64,000 bases of DNA, taken from the NCBI GenBank assembly GCA_965603825.1, contig CBFDEM010000033.1, positions 372,001-436,000 on the forward strand, read 5' to 3'. How positions within the stretch are numbered: the stretch's first letter is position 1; every line of letters starts with the position of its first letter. The position numbers and the translations under genes are program-made. The stretch is from Blepharisma stoltei ATCC 30299 (taxonomy: Eukaryota > Protista > Ciliophora). The notes below the pieces were generated by a model. That model was not told where the DNA came from and searched no databases. It was given only the letters and a program-made list of their open reading frames with translations. Below are positions 49,367 to 59,965 of the stretch, piece after piece.

Positions 49367-52300
49367 ATGGAAAATCAAGACTTCCTCACAGATTTATATT
49401 TTCAAAAAAAATCAGTCAGTGTATTTTTAGATGACGGAAAAAGCTTACAAAAAGACCATAACCTCAAAAGCTTGATATATTCTTTTGATATAACATCAAC
49501 TGCGCATGGGAAAACTTTCAATTGGACAATCAACAAATTATATTCAGAATTTCAACAATTAGATCGAGATATAAGGATATTTTATCACCCAAGACCATTA
49601 GGACACCATCTAATGCCAAAACTTTTTACTGTGAAACACGAACAGCAGCAATTAATTACACTTGAAAATTATATTCGAGCAATTTATGATATTCCTAGGA
49701 TCAAAAAATCTCCAATTTTTTGGGAATTTATTGAAGTTAGCGAGATTTCATTTCTTGGAACCTCAATAAAAAGAAAAGAAGGGTATATTTATAAAAGAAC
49801 TGGAGGAAGAATAGGAAATGAGCTGCGATTTTGCAATTGTAAAAAATATTTTCGAAGATACCAAAAGCGCTGATTAATTATTCGTGATAATATGGTCGGC
49901 TATTTGGCCTCAAACACAAAATCTAATTTATTAGAAGTTTTGGTTTTTAAAGGGAAATTTAAGGTATTTTTTGGAAAACCTAGCACAGGCCATAATGATG
50001 GAATTATAATAGAAACATCAAATCGAAAATTAAAATTTAGAGCAGGCAGTGTAATGAGAATGAAAGAATGAGTCCAAGCTATAAATGAAGCTTATGCAAA
50101 CTCTGAATGGACAAGTGAAAACATGAGATTTGAGTCATCTTTTCCTATTAGGCATGGAAATGAAGCAAAGTGATATATTGATGCAGAAGAATATTTTAGC
50201 GATGTATATGATGAGCTAAAAAAAGCTAAACGGGAAGTTTTTATTTCTGATTGGTGGCTAAGTCCTGAGCTCTACTTGAAACGCCCTGCAAAACTTTGGA
50301 CTGATTCACAAGTTTATGAAGTTTTAGGGAGCCTTGCTGACCGTGGGGTCAAGATTTTCATCCATGTATATAAAGAGGTAAGTTTTGCCTTAAATTTGAA
50401 TTCCTTACACACAAAAAATACAATAATTTCAAGAAATCCAAATATTCAAATAGTTAGGCACCCTCATAGGTCTGTGGTTGGTGGAGAGTTTCTATGGACT
50501 CATCACGAAAAATTAGTAGTGATTGACCAAGAAGTTGCCTTTGTGGGTGGCCTTGATATGTGCTTTGGAAGATTTGACAATCAAAGTCACAAATTAACTG
50601 ACTTAAATGAAAATCCGACATGGCCTGGGATTGATTATTCGAACGTAAGAATAAGCGAATATCAGGATGTTGACAATTGAAATAGAGACTTAATTAATAG
50701 GAAAACTACCCCAAGAATGCCATGGCATGATATTGCTTTAAAAGTTTCAGGGAAAGCTGCTTCAGATGTAGCTTTGCATTTTATTGAGCTTTGAAACCAT
50801 GTGATGACCGACATCACAGGAAACTACTGCAAAGACAAAAATCTCTTGGAGCCACCTTCTTGTGAAAAAGTTTTCCTAAAAAATGTCAGCACGATTGTTG
50901 AGTCCCCAAAAATTCAAGTCTCTTCTGTAATAAAAAATCAAGAAGACCAAGAAGAGGCTGTTTTTGATACAAAGAGAAGAAGCAAAACATATGGCCCAGT
51001 ATCGTGTACAACTATGAATGAGATTAATTTAATAAGACATAAAAGTGTGGGAGGTGCCCATAAAAGAAAAATTAATGTTGAAAATTTAATGTTTTCTATG
51101 TCTTTACCAGACAGACATCCAAGTCATGGTAAAGTGATAAATGTGCTAAAAGTCCCAACAACCCCTGAAATTCAAAGACACTTAGAAAAAAAAGACAATG
51201 AAGAAAATTTTTTGCTAAGACCTTCTAGCTCAGCTAATAATATTGATAACCTTTTTTCTAGCAGCTCACACGAGCAATTAGAGCATCAAGATGAGCAAAA
51301 AGAGTATGATTATTATTCAAAAGACAAAAATGAAGCTTGAGACAAAAATATTTTGCAGCCGAAAATAGTAGAGGCTGAGCAGAAAGGAACTTGCGAATGC
51401 CAGCTTACTAGAAGTGCAGGGTTGTGGTCACTTGGGCTAGAAAAATCCGAGCATTCTATACACACAGCATATATTCATTTGATTGATATGGCAGACCATT
51501 TTATTTATATAGAAAATCAATTTTTTATTTCTTCAACAGGGGGATCACTAGTAAAAAATCAAATAGCTCAAGCTCTAGTAGAAAGAATAAAAGTAGCTGC
51601 GGCCAGGCATGAAAAATTTTTAGTCGTGGTTGTACTACCATTATTGCCAGGATTTGAAGGATCAGTTAGTGATAGTGGAGCTGCAGTTTTAAGGGTTCAA
51701 CTGCATTGGGAATATGAGACTATATGCAGATCATCAAGCTCTTTGCTAAAGCAATTGGCTGATGACCCTAATATTAAAGATCCATCTGATTATATTAGGT
51801 TTTATGGCCTGAGAACGCACGATTTACTAGAAAATACTCCAGTAACTGAACTTGTTTATGCTCATAGTAAACTAATGATTATTGATGACGATATTGCACT
51901 TATAGGCTCTGCAAATATTAATGATCGAAGCCTACTTGGGACAAATGACTCAGAGCTTGCAATGATTATTGATGATAATGATAAAGTCTCAATGCCTATA
52001 GGAAGTGAGGAAAGAGAAGTTTCAAGATTTGCCCATAGTTTGAGGGTGTCTTTATATAGCGAGTACTTAGGAGTTGATTATTTTGATGATAGAATTCAAA
52101 ACCCCACATCAGAAGAATGCTTAGAATTATGAAATATAACTGCTAGCCATAATACTAAATTTTACAGAAAAGTTTTTAGGTGCTATCCTGATGATAAAAT
52201 ATTGAAAATAAAAGAAATTGAAACTTTTGCAGGAAAGGCTAATTTGGAGGCTTATGAGAATGAAAGACATAAATCAAAAGGAATACTTGTAATGGTTTAT

Positions 52301-52397
52301 ATAGTGTAATTTTCCTTTGAAATTTTTGGAAAATGAAAAATTGCAGATCACAGTTTTTAACAGAGAGTTTATTATTCCTGAAGAAAGCTTTGTATAA
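49367..52397 (+). CDS. PLD: PX-PH phospholipase D (PLD1/2/zeta type)
   Basis: PX-like N-terminus, PH (KEGYIYKR...KR(TGA)), DWWLSPE, HKD motifs HHEKLVVID and [32 protein letters not shown]; 16-nt intron 52289-52304 restores the C-terminus FPLKFLENE...IPEESFV. Confidence 0.93.
52289..52304 (+). other. 16-nt intron GTAATGGTTTATATAG
   Basis: Frame-shifting removal recovers the conserved PLD tail GIL^CNFPLKFL. Confidence 0.85.
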
Positions 52398-52497
52398 TTT
52401 TAAGCTATTAAATAAAAATTAATATTTTTTAATTTATTTAGGTAAAATAATTTTTAAAAGAAACGAGCATAATTTATTCAATCATTTTTATATAAAT

Positions 52498-53622
52498 TTA
52501 TAGTAGCTTAAGACTTGATTGCTCCCTCAATTCATCTTTAATCAAATCCAAAATGCTGTCTATTATTGGTTCAGGGAACCTATAAATGCAGCAATCAGTT
52601 TCTGCTTCTGCTCGGTCAGCTTCAGTAACTTCCCCAAATATTGATCTATCACCAAAAAATTCAAAAGGTCCTAATCTTTGTACATCCTTATCCTTGTATT
52701 TAATAACAGCAACTCCTTTTTCTATTAAATATAGGTATCTATCTGCATGAGATGCAGAGTAGATAACATACCCAGGCTCATACACCAAATGGTGCGAGTG
52801 CTTGGCCAGCTCATTCATTATAGTTTCTGGTAATGTGTCTAATTATGAATTACTAAAAATCGAGACTCTTGTCAAAAATTCCACAAACTTTGAGCGCTTT
52901 GGAAGCATAAAATTTAAAACAATTTTTTTATATGTCATCCTATCTAGCTTTCAAAGTTTCGAGTCAGTTATAGCAGATATTGTCGCACCTCTTATATTCC
53001 CATACATTAAGGCTACCTCTCCAAAGCTATCTTCCTGGCTAAAAATTACTTTTGCATAATTGCATACATGTCCACGCCCTTCTACATCGCATTTCAAGCT
53101 TCCTTCCTCTACAAAATAGCAAGCATTTCCAGTATCATGCTGCTTTATTACCAATTCACCAGCTGGAATTTCGATCAATTCCAATGCGTCTGCTACAGTT
53201 GCGATATTTTCTTCACTCAAATGGCTAAATAGAATATTTTTAGTCAGCATTTCTTTAAGTCTTGTAAGAGTTCCTAAATCTTTATCAAAAGTTGGTGGTC
53301 TCCATGCAAGCTCTTCTTCAGATATCGACTCTCCACATACAGAGGCTAAATGAAAATTACGTCGACGTGAAGGCACAAAGCCTTCAGGGTACTGAACATT
53401 AGGATTGGAACTTGAATCACCAACTCTAACATTGTAAGGGTGGTTTCGAGCTGCGGCGAATTCTGGAAATTCTTGGTCATTCTGCTCAGCAACTGGAAGA
53501 GATTGGTAGAGGGACTGGGCGAGATATTTTATTGGTTCACTTGGACGAGCGTTTACAAGATCTTCTATTGCGTTTTGAAGAATGCGCTGAAATTCTTCCT
53601 GCTCTTCAGATGGCATAAACAT
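52498..53622 (-). CDS. PKAR: cAMP-dependent protein kinase regulatory subunit-like protein (4 exons)
   Basis: N-terminal D/D-like helix (RPSEPIKYLA), RRPSV site after splicing, CNB-A FGEVALMYGNIRGAT, KL(TGA 52951), degenerate CNB-B; introns 53346-53360, 53035-53049, 52839-52853. Confidence 0.85.
52839..52853 (-). other. 15-nt intron GTAATTCATAATTAG
   Basis: In-frame TAA; joins CNB-A to CNB-B. Confidence 0.88.
53035..53049 (-). other. 15-nt stop-free intron GTAATTTTTAGCCAG
   Basis: Removal gives YAKEDSFGE, the normal CNB spacing. Confidence 0.8.
53346..53360 (-). other. 15-nt stop-free intron GTAATTTTCATTTAG
   Basis: Consensus match; removal converts RRRNFHLASVCGES to RRPSVCGES. Confidence 0.85.
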
Positions 53623-54205
53623 TTTTATTATAAGAAATATAAAGTGATAAAAAGATCAAGGTGAATGCAAATTAAAAAAAGTAAAAGAAATAAAGAGAAA
53701 ATTAAAATTCAGGCTGACTTTTAAATAAATGAATATGGTAAAATTGCAATTATATTGTAAAAAAGATATGACGGTTTTACTAATCATAAAGAAATTTCGA
53801 ACCTTAGCAGGTTCCATAGTGAAAAAGCATAGTTTTAATTTTAATGGAAATAGTTATAAATAGTCAGATTTTTGGGAATCAAGTTTACTCTTTTGCTATT
53901 TAAGTGAAAAAGATATATAATGTAATATAATCCTATGAGTTAAAATAATTATCCTTTCGTGCCTACTACAATCTTGAAGTTCCATGATTTATCAAAAATT
54001 TAATTTCAATGGTTTAATATTTGCAAAATGATCAATTATAGATATAGTATTAAATGCTATTTCAATGTGAAAAGATATTTATAGTAAATCAATGAAGTTT
54101 ATATTATTTTTATGGGGTGTAAAATTATTTGAATAATTTAAATTTCGTGTATCTATCTTAATTCAAATAGATTTTATATAATAATTATACTTATTTATAC
54201 ACATA

Positions 54206-55882
54206 TTAGTATAGTCTTCCTTCTTCTAGGCTTTCTCTCACAATTTTTTCCCTAATTCTTCCTGGCAGTTTCGTTAAAATTGCACTCGGTCTCATCCTTT
54301 TTAATCTTTCAACTAAAGCTTCTGATCTATTATAATTTGCACGATATCTTGCAAGAAAATCAGGAATTTGGTCTCTGCTATTTTTATTTTGATTGTCATT
54401 TTTCATAGCTGATGATAATAGACAAATTTCATCAATAACTATCTTTGCAATATCAAGCCTTATTTCTTTTAAATAACTTATATCATCCAATAAAAATCCA
54501 GTTATTGGTATTAAAAGTTGCTGCCAATAATCAAGCATTGGATGGATGCTTTCAGATTTTATTGTGGAGCCAATCCAATCACTTTTAGTAGAAGTTTCAT
54601 AGTGAATGCTCAATTTATTGATGAGTAAACTTGAGTATCCATGAATCAGTTCTTCAAAATATGCAAAATCATTTGAATTTATTTTTGAATCTTTCGATAA
54701 TTGCACTTGGTTTATTGATAATAAGATAGTTTGAGCCGTATTTTTTCCTCATGTGAATGCTGAAAATGGTACAGTTAATAAATATGTGTGTAATAGTCCC
54801 AATGATTTTAGAGCTACAGAAATTTTTCTGAACGGCCTCATAGATAAGGAATTATAAACTTTTTCGACTTTTCTGGGGTCTTGATGAGCTTTTCGAATCA
54901 ATGTTTCCATTCAGTTAAGAACAGTTTGCTTCTCATTATTTGCTGTGATATTTTTGACCAGTGATTTAGTAGACTTTGAAGTATCTTTAACTGTAAGTAT
55001 TCACTTTACTGCCAATTTTCTCTTTTCCATAACAATTTCTGGTTTTCTGTTGCCGTCTCAATTTCCTTCTAAAATCTCTTTTATGCTCTTAGGGTGAGCT
55101 CTCTGTTCTGGGTTTACTTGAAATAAATTTTCCAAAATTGTTTTCCACGGTTCCTTTAAAGATTCTTGATATAAAAATCTTCCATTGAATTGGCTATTGA
55201 AATCATTTAATTCAAAAGGCGCTCTATAAAACAGCAGCAAATAAATTAAGCAGCCCAGCTCCCACATATCAATAGAAGAAGTTATTGGAATTCCTGAATA
55301 AACATTTAGCAATTCAGGAGGTCTGAATGTTGGATGGGTATGATCTTGGATCCACAAGTGCATAGCTTCCTGGTCAAGCCCATAAAGCTCTTCTTTTATA
55401 GCAGATCCAAAGTCACAAACTTTTACGTTTCCATCGTTTCCAATCAAAATATTTTCAGGCCTAAGGTCCATATGGACGATATCTTTGCTATGGATGACTT
55501 CTAATGCTGAACAAAGGTCAATAACAATTTGACGAATATGAGATTCTTTTAATCGATTCTTTGCCATAATGCAGCTTAAATCTCCTCTGGTGTAATAGTC
55601 AAATAAAAGGTAAGCTGAGTTATTCTCAGATTCAAATTTATAGTCAAGTAAAGACGAAATGTTTTGGTGGGGCCCGATAAGTTGATATGATGGGAGCTCG
55701 TGATAGTAATATGCAAATCCGGAATTTGATGATAAAGAAATATATTTCACAACACGAGAGGCACTTGAAGGGTCAAAAGATAAGTAGCTTTGACAGTTTG
55801 AGGACTCTGATAATTTTGTGGAAATTGTGATTGGTCCTGAGGAAAAATCAATTGTGTTTCCGATGAGATCGTCTGATTTCAT
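54206..55882 (-). CDS. NAK (AAK1/GAK)-like protein kinase fused to an ANTH/ENTH-like domain
   Basis: HMDLRPEN, CDFGSA, THPTFRPPEL, DMWELGCLIY; frame continues through four TGA into VALKSLGLLHTYLL and the 54206-54706 ORF. Confidence 0.8.
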
Positions 55883-55930
55883 TTTGATTTTCTTTATTAA
55901 TATAACACGATTTAAGCTATAATATTTATC

Positions 55931-56626
55931 TTATTGCTCTTTTTTCTCTTTTTTAGACTTCTTTTCGGCACCTGCTGGCTTTTTTTCTTCAACTGCTGTG
56001 GCTTTTTTAAGAACTAAATATTTCATACTGAAAAATGCAAGGCCAACCAACAATAAAACTCCTCCACCAAGTCCTAGATAATACACTGCTGGGGGTAACA
56101 GTCCTTTACTCTGTATATAAGCCTGGGCATCAAATCCTGGTACAGTTGGTGGATCTTGATCAAACCCATCACCAGTCTTTTTGGCTTCCTAAATCTATAT
56201 TACTGCTATGATTTTCTTAATCAAATCTTCTTGTTGTTGGGTCAGTTTAATATCACTTTTAGGATTTATATAAAAATCTTTATCAATGGTTGTGAGTTCT
56301 TTGATTTCAGGCTTTTCCAAATTAATTTCATCGGCTGCTAATAATTCTTCGGCTTGTTTCCACGATAAAAGCTGGTCACATTTATAAAGAATTTCACCTA
56401 TAATTTTTTTTTCAATTAAATCTTTATCGAACTTCGAAGCAGAGTAAATTGAAGAAATTTCACTAGAGTGTTGACTTAATTTTGTGCGAGAAATAAGTAA
56501 ACATGCAATCCATCGGGCACGTGCTTGTGCTTGAGCAACTTCATCGTTTCTTTCTTGGTCATTAATAGGATCGGGCTCTTCCAAAGCAAAAACAAGAGCT
56601 AAAAGAGCGATAAACCAAATTTTCAT
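55931..56626 (-). CDS. Type I membrane protein with signal peptide and KKxx ER-retrieval tail
   Basis: MKIWFIALLALVFA signal peptide; intron 56189-56203; TM VYYLGLGGGVLLLVGLAFFSM; ends KKEKKEQ-TAA. Confidence 0.8.
56189..56203 (-). other. 15-nt intron GTAATATAGATTTAG
   Basis: In-frame TAG; removal joins the lumenal domain to the TM exon. Confidence 0.82.
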
Positions 56627-57188
56627 TATAAAAGCAACCATTTTTCCCACGTGTTTTCTAGATACCTTAGGTGAATTATTTAATTTAGCCAAGTAATAAA
56701 GATTTTAATTCTCAATAAACTTGTTTAAGAAGTTTTCAATGCCTTTTAAACTTTTTATATTTCTTTTATATTTATAAGAACAGAGAGGTGAAAGTTGATT
56801 TTTTGAGCTTTTGCATAATTTGAAAACTGATTTTTAGATTGAATATTCATAATCGGCAATAAAACAAATATCCTTTATTTTTCATATTTTTAGAAATATT
56901 ATTAAGCTCAGAAAAAGTAAATCTTTTTAGTATAAACAAGACTTTTAGTTTCAGCTGCAGTTTTCATAAATAGATATTGAATTTGGAAAATAAAATCATT
57001 TTCAGCTGGCTTTTCAATTTACTAAATTGCTAATTGCTCTATTAAAAATAAACATTTTTAATGTTGTGTAGATTTAAATTGAAAATAATGATTATTATGC
57101 TATAAAAATATTGATCTTTTTAAGCAGTCAGCTCTCACTTTCACAAATTTAAAAGTAAAATTTTATTATCTTCTAGCGAGGCATCAAT

Positions 57189-57861
57189 TTATGCCTTATT
57201 CAATCTTTCTTTTTCGAAATCTTCTATCAGCTTGCAAGCAATTACGTCATTAGAGTAGCAGGCTAAGTTGCTGTCGCACTTCGCCTTCTTCATTAAGCTA
57301 TTCCACCTATTTTTAACGCCATTTTCAGTCCTACCTGGAAGATCTTTTGCAATGATACTTCATTTATTACCAACCTTTTGTTTTAAATTCAAAAGTTTGA
57401 TATCTTCTTCGTAGCTCCATTCACCCTCTGCAATAAATCTTACTGTTTAACTCAGGATTTAAATGATTATGTCATCGTTCTCTACAATGCTTTCCTTTTC
57501 GGATACATTGAGAGTCATAAAGAGCTTCGTTTAGGCTTTTCGAAATAAATGCCCAATTCTTAGTCCCATACTGGGAAATCAAATCTCTAAGAAGTTGATC
57601 TTCATTCTCTTTCCAAGGCTTGGTTTTCAAGCCTCCTCTGCTAATTTTTGCTTTAATGTTAGTCTTTACTGGTCCTGCTGGTTGAGGTAAAGGGTTCAAA
57701 ATAGGAAAAGAATATAGGTTATAAATAGGGATATAACTATTAGTGGTATAGTCAGGTATGCATGGCACCCATACACAGCCTTGAGGAATCTGACCTTCAT
57801 TTGGAATTGGGATATGAAGCTGAGTATCATCCCATGTGGATGCATTCAATTCACTGGCCAT
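57189..57861 (-). CDS. Two-repeat Myb transcription factor
   Basis: PWKENED...NW...KHCRER(TGA 57472)HNHLNPELN^KGEWSYEED...GNKW...LPGRTENGVKNRWN; 16-nt intron 57428-57443. Confidence 0.92.
57428..57443 (-). other. 16-nt intron GTAAGATTTATTGCAG
   Basis: Frame-shifting removal needed to reach the second Myb repeat. Confidence 0.88.
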
Positions 57862-58274
57862 AATTTTATATTGATTGCTGAAGTTAAATGGAAACTTAAA
57901 AATAACTAATTTTTGTTATAACCTTTGGCCACTAATTGGTATTCTTTAGATCTTTATATTCCGAAAATAAATTATATTTCCTTATTTGTTCTTATTATTA
58001 AAGATTTCCACTTAATTAAAATTAAAATGATATTTTATTCTCCAAAACAGAAAATTATTCATTTAGGATAGATTTGCATAAGTAACAATAATTCCATATT
58101 ATAAGACTTTTGAGATATAATTAATTATTTTTTTTACAGTAAATAAAATAATTTTATGACTTGAAAATTCAAATTGGTGATACTATATTTAACTATATAG
58201 AATTTATTTTAATAAAATTCGACGTTGTAAATACGCTTTTTACTAAAATTTGAAATTTACTTAAAACCATCAAA

Positions 58275-59822
58275 ATGGGATGTTGCAATCAAAGACCCGC
58301 TACAAATTCTGAAGCAAGGCCAAAGCCAGAAGTGAAAAAAGAGAATAAAAAATCTTTAAACGCATTAAAGACTCCTAAAAAAGAGCAGCGGCATAAGAAA
58401 AAAATATCGAAAGGATCTCAAGATCATTTATCCACACAAGGATCAATTATTGTGAGTACCAAAGGCAAGCCTTTAGAAAACTATAAAATTATGGGGACAC
58501 TAAAAACAACCCATGGGAAGTCAATATACTTGACAAAGGAAAAAAATTCACAAACTTACAAGATTGTAAAGGAATACAATAAATCTAGTTTGGATGATGC
58601 GAATAAAATTTATGAGCAGTTAAAAGTCCTCAAAGATTTGGACCACCCAAATATAGTCAAGATTTTTGGACTTGTTGATGCTGAAGGAGCATTTTTTATT
58701 ATCCAAGAATATTGCACAGGTGGAGAGTTATTTGATAAAATTATCAAACAAAATGCAATCGGGGAAAATTTAGCGGCAAGATATATGAGGGATATCTTGA
58801 GTGCCATTAATTATTGCCACAGCCAAGGCATTGCTCATCGTAATTTAAACCCTGAGAGCTTGGTTTTAGATAATCCCGATGATAACGCTATCTTGAAAAT
58901 CTCTGATTTTGAATCATTCGAAAAGATTGTGAGAACAACAAGATATCAAAAAAGGAGCATTGGAAATGTAATGTTTACTTAGACTTACTATATGGCCCCA
59001 GAACTATTTAAAGGAGAATATGGAAAAGAAATTGATATTTGGAGCGCTGGAGTCATTTTGTGCACTTTAATTTCAGGAAATCCTCCGTTTCATGGAAAAA
59101 CTCGCGATGAAATATTCAACTCGATCCAAAAAGGTTTGGATTTATCAAGCAGTGATTATGTTCTTGCTTCAGATGAAGCAAAAGATTTAATCTCCAAAAT
59201 GCTTGAAAAAGATCCTAAAATGAGAATAACTGCAGAAGAAGCATTAAATCACCCTTGAATTGAAAACCGTGCTAATAATAAAGTTCCAGACAACGTCATT
59301 GTTTCAGGAACACTAGACCGTTTAGCGAAATTCACTGTAAAATCAAAAGTTGAACAATCAATTTTGAATTTTATTTCTTATCAGATAACAAGCGTAAAAG
59401 AAGAGCACGAACTAAGCGAGTTATTCAGATCAATTGATGAAAATGGAGATGGGAGAATAAGCAAAGCTGAGCTTATGAAAGCTTATAAGAAAAAAAAATT
59501 AGGCTCAAAGGATGAAATTAATTCAATTATGGAAAATTGTGATAAAAATAACAGTGGGTTTATTGAATATCAAGAATTTGTGACAGGAGTTTCACAGTGG
59601 AATAAAAAAATTCAAGCGAGGCAGTTGAGAGAAGTATTTGGACTGTGTGATGGGAATGGTGATGGGCTTTTATCACTTGAAGAACTAAAAGGATGCATTC
59701 CAGGGATTGAAGGAAGTGAATGGGATAAATTTTTTGTTGAAGTTGACTCGAACCAGGACCATTTGATCAGTGTCGATGAGCTGAAAACTTATTTCGAAAC
59801 TAAATTCCAACTAAAAGAATAG
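58275..59822 (+). CDS. CDPK-like protein 1 (degenerate kinase domain + 4 EF-hands)
   Basis: MGCC N-terminus; LDHPNIVK, EYCTGGELF, HRNLNPES, DFE, GN^TYYMAPE, DIWSAG, NHP(TGA); EF loops DENGDGRIS, DKNNSGFIE, DGNGDGLLS, DSNQDHLIS. Confidence 0.9.
58968..58982 (+). other. 15-nt intron GTAATGTTTACTTAG
   Basis: In-frame TAG; restores G-N-T-Y-Y-M-A-P-E. Confidence 0.9.
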
Positions 59823-59965
59823 ATAAAAACTAATTAAATACCAAAAGAACATTTAATTTATTCAATTTACTTAAAATATTCTTACATTTTTTATATTTTA
59901 ATAGCAAATGAGATAGCGAGTTGTTTAATTTAATTACCGTTTTAGTTTTATTTAATTGGCTTAAA

